Shown: positions 49,096 through 58,499 of the stretch, piece after piece
Numbering within the stretch: position 1 is the stretch's first letter
How the letters are laid out: each line of letters opens with the position of its first letter
Assembly: GCA_963735595.1 (NCBI GenBank)
Contig: CAVTLK010000005.1
Coordinates: 448,001 to 512,000 of the forward strand
Length of the DNA stretch: 64,000 nt
Direction of reading: 5' to 3'
Source of the DNA: an uncultured delta proteobacterium
GTDB lineage: Bacteria > Desulfobacterota > Zymogenia > Zymogenales > Zymogenaceae
Program-made: the position numbers and the translations under genes
Notes under the pieces: generated by a model
Database searches by the model: none
What the model was told of the DNA's origin: nothing
What the model saw: only the letters and a program-made list of their open reading frames with translations

Positions 49096-50559
49096 ATGAA
49101 GAGTACGAGATTTGAGGTCCTCAGTCGACCGGAGATCGACCAGATCAAACAGGCCACGCTTGAGGTGCTCGAACAGGCGGGTATCAAGGTGGAAGTCAAG
49201 AAGATGCGGCAGATCCTTGCAGACCTGGGCTGCGCCGTGGACGAGAAGACCAGGGTCGTGAAGTTCCCGCCCCGCGTCGTCGAGACGTATGTCGGCAAGG
49301 CGCCCCGGGAGTTCACGCTGTGCGGCAACGACCGGGACCTCACCTGGAAGATCAGCCCGGAAACGAGGGTCTGGGGTGGGCTGGGGACCGCCGTCAATAT
49401 GTATGACCTCCAGACCGGTACGTACGGGCCCGCCACTATGGACGATCTGAGGCGTCATCTCATCATCCTGGACAGCCTGGAACACGTCCAGTCCAACCAG
49501 ATGGATATATGGCCCTCCGACATCCCGATGCAGACGATCCCGGTTGAGGCCATCCGTACCTGGGCAATGAACTGCAAGAAATCGTTCGGGATGGGCGCCT
49601 ACGGCGTCATGCCGACGCGCGATATGATGGAGATGCTCCTCATCGTCATGGGGGGCAAGGACAAGATCAAAGACACGCACCCCTACATGACCATCGTCAA
49701 TACGGTCAGCCCCCTTTCCAGCGCCCAGATTCAGCTGGAGGGACTGATGATCCTTGCCGAGTACGGCCAGCCGGCGATCTTCTCGCCTGAGGCGATGGCC
49801 GGCACCACCGCCCCGATCACGCTGGCGGGCCTCCTCATCCAGCATAGCGCCGAGGTGCTGGCCCACATCGTCATGGCCCAGGCGGTCAATCCCGGGACTC
49901 CCGTCTTATTCGGCACCGTCTCCACGATCGCCGAGATGCGCCGCGGGACGGTGGCGTTGGGATCGGTCGAAACCGGTCTCATCAGTGCGGCCATCGCCCA
50001 GATTGCGCATTCCTACAATATCCCCTGCCGCGGGGTGGCGGGCGGCACCGAATCCAAGCTCCTGGACCTGCAGTGCGGCGTCGAGCGCGCCCGGACGATG
50101 CAGATGGCGGCAATGGGAGGAGTCAACTATATCACCTGCGTGGGGACGATCGAATCGACGACCGCCGGCGCCCACGAGCTTACGGTCATCGACGACGAGC
50201 TTATCGGATCGATCGAGCGGGCCATCAGGGGCATCGAGGTCAACGAGACGACAAAGGCCGTCGAGATAATCAAGAAGGTCGGGCCGGGCGGCGACTACCT
50301 GATGCAGGAACATACCCAGAAATACTTCCGCACGGAGCATTTCATCCCTTCGCTCTGCGACCGGGATAAACGGGACATCTGGGAAAAGGCCGGTAAAAAG
50401 GACATGGTCGGCAGGGCGCGGGAAAAAGCCCTGGCGGTCCTTGCCAAGCATACCCCAAAGGACCTCGACCCTGCCGTGATGAAGGGTATGAATGACTTCA
50501 TCGAGATGGTTAAGAAACGGACGCTGGACGAATACTACGCCGCCGAGTGGGAGGCATAG
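49096..50559 (+). CDS. Trimethylamine methyltransferase (MttB) superfamily protein, non-pyrrolysine
   Basis: VLEQAGI, NTVSPL, MAGTTAPITLAG, AEVLA, PGTPVLFG, ESKLLDLQCG, VIDDE, GPGGDYL..HT; no in-frame TAG. Confidence 0.9.
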   Translation: MKSTRFEVLSRPEIDQIKQATLEVLEQAGIKVEVKKMRQILADLGCAVDEKTRVVKFPPRVVETYVGKAPREFTLCGNDRDLTWKISPETRVWGGLGTAVNMYDLQTGTYGPATMDDLRRHLIILDSLEHVQSNQMDIWPSDIPMQTIPVEAIRTWAMNCKKSFGMGAYGVMPTRDMMEMLLIVMGGKDKIKDTHPYMTIVNTVSPLSSAQIQLEGLMILAEYGQPAIFSPEAMAGTTAPITLAGLLIQHSAEVLAHIVMAQAVNPGTPVLFGTVSTIAEMRRGTVALGSVETGLISAAIAQIAHSYNIPCRGVAGGTESKLLDLQCGVERARTMQMAAMGGVNYITCVGTIESTTAGAHELTVIDDELIGSIERAIRGIEVNETTKAVEIIKKVGPGGDYLMQEHTQKYFRTEHFIPSLCDRDKRDIWEKAGKKDMVGRAREKALAVLAKHTPKDLDPAVMKGMNDFIEMVKKRTLDEYYAAEWEA

Positions 50560-50603
50560 CCGACGCCGTCGACAGGCGACGCAAATAGTATAAGGGGGAT
50601 CAC

Positions 50604-51245
50604 ATGGCTCACGAACTGCTGGAAAAGATTGCACAGGCGGTCATCGAGATGCGATTCGAGGACACCGAGGGGCTTACAAAGGAAGCGCTTGGGTCCGGGG
50701 TTACCGCCGTCGAGATAATAAACAAGGGACTGCTGCCCTCCCTTGACCGGGTGGGGGTGCTCTTCAGGGAGGGGGAGTACTTCCTGCCGGACGTCCTCAT
50801 GTCGGTCAAGGCTTATAATAATTCATTCAAGATCCTGGAACCACTCCTCAAGGAAGGGGATTACAAGGCCAGGGGCAGGGTGATGCTCGGGACGGTATTC
50901 GGGGATATCCACGATATCGGCAAGAACATCCTCTCGGCGCTGCTTCTGGGTAACGGTTTCGAGGTGATAGACGTGGGTGTGGACGTGAAACCGGAGATGT
51001 TCCTGGCGCGGGCGAAGGAAGATACGCCGGATATTATCGGGATGTCGGCCCTCCTGACCACCACGATGCCGTCCATGAAGGATACGATCGACGTATTTAC
51101 TGAAGCGGGCCTTCGCGACAAGTTTAAGTTTATCATCGGCGGCGCGCCGCTTAACCAGAAGTTCGCCGATGAGATAGGCGCCGACGGGTACGGCGAGGAC
51201 GCGCAATCGGGGGTAGAGCTGGTCAAACGGCTTATGGGGATCTAA
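50604..51245 (+). CDS. Cognate corrinoid (B12-binding) protein, MttC-like
   Basis: GEYFLPDV, GTVFGDIHDIGKN (DxHxxG), MSALLTTTM, IGGAP, IGADGY. Confidence 0.93.
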   Translation: MAHELLEKIAQAVIEMRFEDTEGLTKEALGSGVTAVEIINKGLLPSLDRVGVLFREGEYFLPDVLMSVKAYNNSFKILEPLLKEGDYKARGRVMLGTVFGDIHDIGKNILSALLLGNGFEVIDVGVDVKPEMFLARAKEDTPDIIGMSALLTTTMPSMKDTIDVFTEAGLRDKFKFIIGGAPLNQKFADEIGADGYGEDAQSGVELVKRLMGI

Positions 51246-51364
51246 CCGGCCGCCCTGGTGATAGTTCGACAGGCGCCGGTACGTCGCCGCCCGTCGGGCG
51301 GAGCGGCGGTAACGCCGTGGCCCGATCACCCGGCTATCCTCTGAGTGATATCCGGATGCCGTCA

Positions 51365-51403
51365 TAACAAACCCCGGTCGATGATTCGACCGGGGTTTTT
51401 GTA
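51365..51403. terminator. Bidirectional rho-independent terminator
   Basis: AAACCCCGGTCGA-TGAT-TCGACCGGGGTTT followed by further Ts. Confidence 0.8.
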
Positions 51404-51445
51404 TGTTCACGATTACGAGCGCCTTGATCTATCGCTCGGGCGGCG

Positions 51446-52449
51446 TCAGGGGGTTGTGCCGGTTTCGTCTCCCTCGGCCGGCGTATCCTCAGCCGGAGGC
51501 GTCTCGGTCTCGGTTTCGGGCTGGGGGGTGGTACCCGGAGAGGGAGGCGGCGTCCCGGTAGCGTTTTCGATCTCCTCGGGGGATTTCTTTTCAAGCGGCG
51601 CTTCTTCGGTTTCGCCGGTGGGCTCCTTCTCCTTGCCGTATTTATCGATATCAAAGGTGCTCTCGTCGTACGTACCGGTTATGCCCGTGGTCTCCCCGAG
51701 GACATTGAGGTCAAGCACGTCGGAAGGGGAAAAGACCGCGGCGGGTTTTGCCGTCTCTTTGGCGGCCTCGGGACGAATCATTGAGCCGGTGACGACCATT
51801 TCGCCGGACGATTTACCGGAATTCTCCCATATAGAGATCCACACGTCAACGATATGGTTAACCGCCATGTCATAGTACTGGTCGTCGGTGAGATCCTGAT
51901 ACCAGAGTTCTTTCGCGAGGGTCTTCAAGTCGGCGGAGAAGTCATCTATCGGATTATAGCCGTTGAAGATGACCGGGAGGTAGGCAACCTCGTTGCTTCG
52001 ATACGCCTCGGCGATGAAATCCTTGGATAATTCGGCGCGAGGCCGATATACGGCTTGGGCTCCAGGCAGTCGGCGATAAAGTGGCTCACCAGTCCCATGC
52101 GCCGGGCTATCAATTGCCGGTCGGGGAAGTTGTCCGAAAGGAGATCGACTACCGAGAGACTGAGCCTCTTGACCTCGTCCGGGCCGTCGCCTTTGTCCGT
52201 TTCCGGGATATAGTAGTGCTGCCGGTAGCCGTAGGCGTAGCCGATAGGAGTCGATATCGTGATATCGGGATCGACGGCCCCGTGCAGGACTCCGCCGATA
52301 TTCTCTTTGAGAAATGTCCTGAGCTGGGTTGGACACAGGGCAACGGCGTCCTTGACCATCTGGATGTGGAATTGATTATCCCAGGCCCCGGCGACACCGG
52401 GCATCACGAAGACGGCAAGAATACACGCCAAAACGACTTTTCGCTTCAT
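51446..52449 (-). CDS. Secreted Zn-dependent phospholipase C/P1-nuclease-fold protein with an acidic Pro/Thr-rich tail; frameshift near 52030
   Basis: Signal peptide ending AGA|W, W..H (WDNQFH), GAVDPD, HFIADCLEP; continues in ORF 51446..52336 from DFIAEAYR onward. Confidence 0.7.
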
Positions 52450-52484
52450 GGTGTCACCCCATCAAGGAAGGCCTCGTACAGGTT

Positions 52485-52542
52485 TATATATAAGTATATA
52501 TAACTTTTGCAAAATTATATATAAAAAAACACCACATGTCAA
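52485..52542 (-). promoter_or_regulatory. Perfect-consensus sigma-70 promoter with an overlapping AT-rich palindrome
   Basis: On the - strand, TTGACA (52542-52537)-17 bp-TATAAT (52519-52514). Near-perfect palindrome TATATATAA-C-TTTTGCAAAA-TTATATATA at 52495-52523. Confidence 0.75.
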
Positions 52543-52636
52543 ACTATTTTTCGCTCAAATGGCATGTTCTTTTATCTTCTCGGTCTTTATCATGCGGATA
52601 TACCGTCTCTTTGAGGGCAGGAGGCGTCCTGACAGG

Positions 52637-53284
52637 CTATTTCCCGATGTCTTCCACGGCCACACCCGCGGGTATCTTTACGTCGAAAACTGAGTCACTC
52701 ACCGGGGGGTTCACCCGCTGTTCGGTAAACTCGATGAGGGTAAAATCCCCATTCTTCTCGACGATTCTAACCTTCAGCGGGGCGTAGTCCTTCCTCATGG
52801 AGACGGATATCTCCTTGATGGCCTCTTTCGTGTCCTTCGGTGCGAACGTCAGGACAGTCACGCCGTTTGCCTCGGAAACGGTCACCGTGGCCGCATCCTT
52901 GAGGGCCCCGATGTCGTTTATCGGACCCAAACCGAAGGACATCCACTGGGGGACATCGGTGCCGGACGAGAGGTGAATCCGCTTCGCCTTTTTTAGGCTC
53001 GGGAAATAGTAGGTGACCATGCCCGGTTTAATCCCGATAACCGTATCGTCAGGGGGATCGTATCGAAAGACAATGTCGCCCGGTTTCTTGAAGGCAAACG
53101 TGCCGCGGGACGTCACGTCTCCGGAAAGCAGGGCGAGCCGCTTTTTCTGTACGAAGTGCGCGGTAAAGGTATCGATGGTTCCCCAATAGGATTGCAGGCC
53201 GGTCAGAACCTCATCGACGGTTGCGGCCTGTGCCGAAAAGGAGACCAGCAGCAGGATGATAAGGGCGATCGGAATTCGTTTCAT
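52637..53284 (-). CDS. LolA-family outer-membrane lipoprotein carrier-like protein
   Basis: Signal peptide; TFTAHFVQKK, SRGTFAFKKPG..FRY, NGDFTLIEF, VNPPVSDSVF. Confidence 0.85.
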   Translation of the reverse strand: MKRIPIALIILLLVSFSAQAATVDEVLTGLQSYWGTIDTFTAHFVQKKRLALLSGDVTSRGTFAFKKPGDIVFRYDPPDDTVIGIKPGMVTYYFPSLKKAKRIHLSSGTDVPQWMSFGLGPINDIGALKDAATVTVSEANGVTVLTFAPKDTKEAIKEISVSMRKDYAPLKVRIVEKNGDFTLIEFTEQRVNPPVSDSVFDVKIPAGVAVEDIGK

Positions 53285-53287
53285 ACG

Positions 53288-54058
53288 TCATTCTTCCTTT
53301 TGTATGAGGTCAGACAGCGTGGCCGAGCGCAGACCCTTTTCGGCCAGACCCGCCAGTATTCGGGGAAGGGCCCGGACGGTGGCGTTTCTGTCGGCCGGCC
53401 GGTTTTCGAGGCTGCCCGCGTCATGGAGCAGGATGACCGAGCCTCGCCGGGCCCGTGAGACGACGAGGTCGGCAATCCTGCGCGGATTGGTCAGTACGGT
53501 GTCCAGGCCCTTGACGTCCCAGCCGCAGACGGTAAGCCCCACGCGCGCGGCGGCCAAAAAGGTCTCGGGGGTCTTGTAGCCCATGGGGGGGCGGTAGAGG
53601 AGGGGCGCCGCGCCCGAAATCCGCTCGATGATTCCCTGGGCGTTCCGAATGTCTCTATATTGGCTCCGGTACGGTAAGAGAGACAGGAGGTGCCGATGGT
53701 CCGTAGAGTGGTTAGCGATTTCATGGCCTCCGGCGATGACGGCCCTGATGATATCGGGGTGTTTTTCGGCGTTGGCCGCCGTGACGAAGAAGGTCGCGTG
53801 GGCCCCGTGTGCTGCTAACACTTCCAGTATCCGCCCGGTATACACCGGGTGGGGGCCGTCGTCAAACGTCAGGGCCACCAGCGGCCTGTCGGTATTTACC
53901 CGGGTAATGGGCCGGGAGAAAAACGGCGCCCCAACCAGGAATATTCCCGATCCGACCCAGACAGTAAGGATTACAAAAATAACGACCCCCACAAGCGACG
54001 ATCCGCTTATGAGGGCCGCTAAAATTGATATAACCGGAGTGAGGAATAGGTACAGCAC
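53288..54058 (-). CDS. Polysaccharide deacetylase (NodB/CE4) with N-terminal TM helices
   Basis: ALTFDDGP, ATFF, HEIANHSTDH, YRPPMG, VILLHD. Confidence 0.9.
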   Translation of the reverse strand: MLYLFLTPVISILAALISGSSLVGVVIFVILTVWVGSGIFLVGAPFFSRPITRVNTDRPLVALTFDDGPHPVYTGRILEVLAAHGAHATFFVTAANAEKHPDIIRAVIAGGHEIANHSTDHRHLLSLLPYRSQYRDIRNAQGIIERISGAAPLLYRPPMGYKTPETFLAAARVGLTVCGWDVKGLDTVLTNPRRIADLVVSRARRGSVILLHDAGSLENRPADRNATVRALPRILAGLAEKGLRSATLSDLIQKEE

Positions 54059-54079
54059 GGCGCGTAGTCGAACGAGCGC

Positions 54080-54520
54080 CTACTTGGCTTCAAGAACGAT
54101 CTTGAAGTAGGAGGCCTCTTTATATCTCAGGTTAACCGGTCCGAAGACGATATCGTTTTCATTTCGCTCGCCGGCATCCAGCGTGCCCACCTGGGCGAAA
54201 TCGGCCGCGGTAATCAGGACATGGTCCTTATCGAACAGGGCGACGGCGACCCCATACTCCATGTCGTGGCCGCTATTGTTGACGATGACAAACGTCATGT
54301 AGGGGCCCCGGGTAACTCCCAGGCCGAAGCGGCCCGTCTTGGCCTCGGTATCGGACTGAAAGATAACTTCCTTGACGACGAGCCCTTCTCTTTCGAGGTT
54401 CAGCGTGATCCACTTGTCGTACGATATGCCCCTGGTAATCGAGATGTCGCCCGCATAGCAGACGGCGCTCATGACGAGAAACGAGAAAACGAGAGAGAAT
54501 AGAACGAACTTTCTTTTCAT
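54080..54520 (-). CDS. Hypothetical secreted beta-sandwich protein
   Basis: Signal peptide MKRKFVLFSLVFSFLVMSAVCYA; VAVALFDKDHVLI..LDAGE pattern. Confidence 0.7.
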   Translation of the reverse strand: MKRKFVLFSLVFSFLVMSAVCYAGDISITRGISYDKWITLNLEREGLVVKEVIFQSDTEAKTGRFGLGVTRGPYMTFVIVNNSGHDMEYGVAVALFDKDHVLITAADFAQVGTLDAGERNENDIVFGPVNLRYKEASYFKIVLEAK

Positions 54521-54589
54521 TGTCTCCTCCATTGAGAAACGTCGTCAATGTGCGTCCCCTGGCGGGGCCGCCTTCCTTCGCGCCTCCCG

Positions 54590-55387
54590 CTAATATTCGG
54601 GCGGCACAAACGAATCGAGAGGTTTTTCGACGTACGGCGGCGGCACCACCGTGTCGAAGACCTCGTCACCGATGCCTGAGTTTGCGATGTAGTCCCGGAT
54701 GGTGATTTCCATTCGGGAGCCTGAGGCCAGGTCCTCGAGGGTAATATCGGTGGGGACGCTGACCCCCCCGGCCTGTTCGTAGGTCAGGTAGGTAATACGA
54801 TACCGGCCGAGCCCGTTCTCGTAGCTCTCGCGCACGGCCGGCCGCATGGTTAACCGATCAAGCACGATCTTTTCAACCAGGCTGTGCCGACCGGCATCCT
54901 CCGAAATGGAGTACAGGATGCTCCGGGCTCCGTCATGTTCTATGACGAAGACCGGGCCGGCAGGTTTGCGGAAGGCGGTTCCCAGCAGAGACGGCGAGAA
55001 TGGGCTGTCCTTGATTGCGTCGGTTTTCCCCGAATATGCCAGCAGCTGCTGCGGGAGAAAGAGGATCGTCTTCGTGCCGTTGACGAGCGCCTCGAACAGG
55101 ACGATGCCGAACGGGCCGATGTAGGTGAACCTGACCTTGTCGGGGTATTTGAAGGCTATGTAGCCGGTGACGGAGTTTGCGGGCTTCCCGCTGCCGTCGA
55201 AGGTCTTCAGGGTGACGGTTCCCCGGATATCGTTGACGGCGGTGTCTGCGTCGGTCAATGCCGCCACGGCCTCGGAGGCCTCGATAAGGGGGGGCATCAA
55301 CGTCGTCGGCTTTACGGCCGGGAGCACGCAGGATGCCAGGAATAGGAGTGCCGGGAGCGACAAAAGAAACCGCGCGGGCCTAATCAT
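54590..55387 (-). CDS. DUF4292/LolA-LolB-fold-like lipoprotein
   Basis: Lipobox FLASC; PDKVRFTYIGPFG, ITYLTY..VPTDITL, NSGIGDEVF. Confidence 0.65.
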   Translation of the reverse strand: MIRPARFLLSLPALLFLASCVLPAVKPTTLMPPLIEASEAVAALTDADTAVNDIRGTVTLKTFDGSGKPANSVTGYIAFKYPDKVRFTYIGPFGIVLFEALVNGTKTILFLPQQLLAYSGKTDAIKDSPFSPSLLGTAFRKPAGPVFVIEHDGARSILYSISEDAGRHSLVEKIVLDRLTMRPAVRESYENGLGRYRITYLTYEQAGGVSVPTDITLEDLASGSRMEITIRDYIANSGIGDEVFDTVVPPPYVEKPLDSFVPPEY

Positions 55388-56735
55388 GACCGTATTCTTC
55401 TCTCCACGCCTTTTCCGAATAGCGTGCGTAGTCCGCGGCGTATTGGTCGAGGAACTCGGAGATGTCGGTCACGACGTTGTCGGCGCCGTCATGGGTAAAA
55501 TAGACGCCGTCCATCGATATAGCCTCGCGGAAAATTTCCGGATGGTCGATAATCATGCAGGGCCTGAGCGGATTGGGATTGTCGTCCTGAGTCTGCCGGA
55601 TAAACCGGAAGGTCTTAGAGTTCAGGGCCACTTTGAGGGGCGTGTCCTTGATGTTATGCTCGGCGAAATGGCAGAAGACGCACGGCTCAACGTCCCCGTT
55701 GGCGTTGATGTGCAGGTATTTGCGGCCGGCGGCGATGCAGCCTCCCACTACCGGGCCGTCGTTCCAGAAATCCGCCGCCAGGATGGGCTTCGTGTTGCGG
55801 ACGTGGAGCACCCACCGCCTCAGCGAATCCCTCTGTTCGGGAGTGGGCATGAGGTTGAGGTTAGGGTTCCGACCGATCGGGACGTAGGTAAAGTACCAGC
55901 CGACCGTGCAGCCCATATCCACCATGTGGTCAATAAAGGCGTCGCTCGTAATAATGTCGGAGTTCTCCCTCGTCTGGGTGGAGGAAAAGCCGAACAGGAC
56001 GCCGTTTTCCTTTAAGAGGCGCATGGCGTTCATGATCTTCTTGTAGTGGCCTTTGCCCCGCCTGCGGTCGGTATCTTCCTCAAATCCCTCGATGCTGATG
56101 GCCGGGAGGATATTGCCGGCCTTGATGATCCGCGCGATCATCTTCTCGTCAAGAAGACCGCCGTGGGTGTAGACCTGAAACGCAACGTCTTTATGACGCT
56201 CAAAGAGCTGCACGACGTCGTCACGGATAAAGGGCTCTCCCCCCGAGATGACGGCAAAGAACATGCCGAGCTCCTTGGCCTCGTTCAGGACCCGGTCCAT
56301 CACCTCGATCGGGAGGTCCTTGCCCTTGTCGTAGCTGCCCGCGTAGCAGCCGTAGCAATTGAGGTTGCAGCGCATCGTGGGAGAGATAACCAGGAGTCCC
56401 GGGGGATAAAACCCGCCGGGCGACTCGGAGAAGGCCTTACGGCGGTTGCTGCCGATCAACAGCTGGTTGATGATGAATGCCTTGACAAGCCGTTTGCGGT
56501 GATGGGTGTTTGTCTCCCTCAAGACCTTCTTGAATACGGTAAAGCTGGGGTGGTCCTGTTCAAAAAGGGTACGGATGGTCTTGATGGCCCGCTTGTAGTG
56601 ATCGCGCGTAGTGATCTTCTCCATCAGGTGGGTCGTCCTGATCAGGTTCTTATCGGAAAAGGTCGAGAGGACGCCGAGCCCATGATGGAGCGCGTTGACG
56701 AGCACAAAACGTCTAAAATCGTCGTATAGTTTCAT
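55380..56735 (-). CDS. Radical SAM protein with SPASM-type C-terminus
   Basis: PTMRCNLNCYGCYA, SGGEP, ISIEG, DRRRGKG, GCIAAGRKYLHINANGDVEPCVF, RPCMIID. Confidence 0.92.
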   Translation of the reverse strand: MKLYDDFRRFVLVNALHHGLGVLSTFSDKNLIRTTHLMEKITTRDHYKRAIKTIRTLFEQDHPSFTVFKKVLRETNTHHRKRLVKAFIINQLLIGSNRRKAFSESPGGFYPPGLLVISPTMRCNLNCYGCYAGSYDKGKDLPIEVMDRVLNEAKELGMFFAVISGGEPFIRDDVVQLFERHKDVAFQVYTHGGLLDEKMIARIIKAGNILPAISIEGFEEDTDRRRGKGHYKKIMNAMRLLKENGVLFGFSSTQTRENSDIITSDAFIDHMVDMGCTVGWYFTYVPIGRNPNLNLMPTPEQRDSLRRWVLHVRNTKPILAADFWNDGPVVGGCIAAGRKYLHINANGDVEPCVFCHFAEHNIKDTPLKVALNSKTFRFIRQTQDDNPNPLRPCMIIDHPEIFREAISMDGVYFTHDGADNVVTDISEFLDQYAADYARYSEKAWREEYGHD

Positions 56736-56755
56736 TCAATAATCCTATTTCAAAA

Positions 56756-56784
56756 ATTGTAGTACGATTTGGTCCGGTCGTCAA
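56756..56784 (-). promoter_or_regulatory. Sigma-70 promoter of the radical SAM gene
   Basis: On the - strand, TTGACG (56784-56779)-17 bp-TACAAT (56761-56756) within an AT-rich gap. Confidence 0.55.
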
Positions 56785-56885
56785 GGAAAAAGGATTAATA
56801 CTATAGTATATTACTTTTATATTATCAGAAAGGGTTGCCCGGCGGCGGATCGAATCCAGGCCGGCAATCGGCAACCGGACGGAGG

Positions 56886-57608
56886 TCACGCTCTCTTCCA
56901 GAAAAGGCTCTTCAGATAGACCATGCAGATCAGAAAGGTGTCCTTTACGGGGATGAAGTGGCTTTTTGCCCCTTGGCGGTAGATCGCCGATATGGGCACG
57001 AAGGCAAACATAAACCCGCGCCTGCCCGCCTTGATGAGAAGCTCGGCCTCGGCGTCGAAACGGGAAGACGCAACGGAAACCTCGCTGATCACCCGCGCCG
57101 AGTAGACCCTCATGCCGCACTGGCTGTCGGCGATGGGCTGGCCCGAGGCGCGCGAGAGGAAGAAGTTACCCACGAGGTTGGGGATGAGACGATAACGGGG
57201 GATTTTATCGCGTTGGGCCATCCTGGTGCCGATGACAATTCCCGCGGCGCCCTCCTCAAACCGGGAGAGCAGGGCGGGAATATCGTCGGGATCATGCTGG
57301 CCGTCGGCATCGAGCGTCAGCACGGCGTAAAAACCCCGCGCGACGAGAAAGCGGAACCCGGTCTTGAGAGCCTCTCCCTTGCCGCGGTTGTTCAGGTGCC
57401 TGATGACGGTGGCGCCGGCCCCGGCGGCTACCTTGCCGGTGCCGTCATCGGAGCCGTCGTCGATCACCAGGACGTACCCCACGTGCCTTTTCGTGCCCGA
57501 GACGATCGCAGCGATCGTCTCTCGGGCATTATAGGCAGGGATAAGGGCGGCTATCGTTTGAAGCTCTTTCGATGCCCCGGACCTTTGTGCGGGAAGATTC
57601 TGCTCCAT
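56886..57608 (-). CDS. Glycosyltransferase family 2 (DPM synthase-like)
   Basis: IPAYN, IDDGSDD, NRGKG, LDADGQH, DSQCGMR; start uncertain because it overlaps the secF end. Confidence 0.9.
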   Translation of the reverse strand: MEQNLPAQRSGASKELQTIAALIPAYNARETIAAIVSGTKRHVGYVLVIDDGSDDGTGKVAAGAGATVIRHLNNRGKGEALKTGFRFLVARGFYAVLTLDADGQHDPDDIPALLSRFEEGAAGIVIGTRMAQRDKIPRYRLIPNLVGNFFLSRASGQPIADSQCGMRVYSARVISEVSVASSRFDAEAELLIKAGRRGFMFAFVPISAIYRQGAKSHFIPVKDTFLICMVYLKSLFWKRA

Positions 57609-58486
57609 TCAAGTACCAGCGGGGACGCGACGAAGATGGAGGAATAGGCGCCCATGATAAAACCAACGGCGAGCCCGAAGGCGATTTCGTAAATCGCCCC
57701 GCCACCCAAAAAGAGGAGCGCGAAGACCGCCAGCAACGTCACGCCCACGGTGATGACCGTCCTGGAGAGGGTCTCGTTGATGCTCCTGTTCATCACCTCG
57801 GCCTCGGGGGTTTTGCCGGCCTTCCTCAGGTTTTCCCTGATCCGGTCGTAGACCACGATCGTGTCGTTAACGGAATAACCGATGACGGTCAACACCGCCG
57901 CGATGACCGGGAGGTTCACCTCCATGTTGGTGATCGAGTAGGCCCCGATGACGATCATGGCGTCGTGGGCGAGGGCCACCACGGCGCCGACGGCGAACCG
58001 GAGCTCGAAGCGGACCGCAACGTAGATGAGGATACCCCCGCAGGCCAGAAACACCGCCCAGAGGGCCTTTTTCTGGAGGTCCTTTCCGACCTTCGGGCCG
58101 ACCATCTCGACGCGCCTGACCTCATACGATCCCGCCCCGAAGGCCGTGGTGAAGGCCTCCTCTACGTTAGCCGACAGGGTCGTGCTATCCACGTCGGTCT
58201 TGATGACCCTGATGATGTACTCGTTTTCCCGGCCCCCCGAGAAGTCCTGGACGGTGGCGTCGGAAAGACCGATGGTGGTCAGTGCGTCTCTGAGCTGGGG
58301 GATCGTCACGTTCTTTGAGAATTTCACCTGGATCAGGTGCCCCCCGGAGAAGTCGATGCCGTACCGCGGCCCCCCGTGAACGATAAGCGAGACGACGGCG
58401 ACGGCCAGCAGCGCCAGCGAGACGATATATGCGAACTTACGCTTTCCGATGAAATCGTAATTCGTACCCGGCTTGATTAATTCCAT
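57551..58486 (-). CDS. secF: Protein translocase subunit SecF
   Basis: GIDFSGG, VGPKVG, ALAHD, IGYSVNDTIVVYDRIREN, TLSRT, YSSIFVA. Confidence 0.97.
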   Translation of the reverse strand: MELIKPGTNYDFIGKRKFAYIVSLALLAVAVVSLIVHGGPRYGIDFSGGHLIQVKFSKNVTIPQLRDALTTIGLSDATVQDFSGGRENEYIIRVIKTDVDSTTLSANVEEAFTTAFGAGSYEVRRVEMVGPKVGKDLQKKALWAVFLACGGILIYVAVRFELRFAVGAVVALAHDAMIVIGAYSITNMEVNLPVIAAVLTVIGYSVNDTIVVYDRIRENLRKAGKTPEAEVMNRSINETLSRTVITVGVTLLAVFALLFLGGGAIYEIAFGLAVGFIMGAYSSIFVASPLVLEWSRIFPHKGPGHRKSFKR

Positions 58487-58499
58487 GGATATCCCCCGT

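Noticed and set aside
49096..50559. Pyrrolysine-containing MttB
   Set aside because: The ORF is uninterrupted; the only in-frame TAG is the terminal stop.
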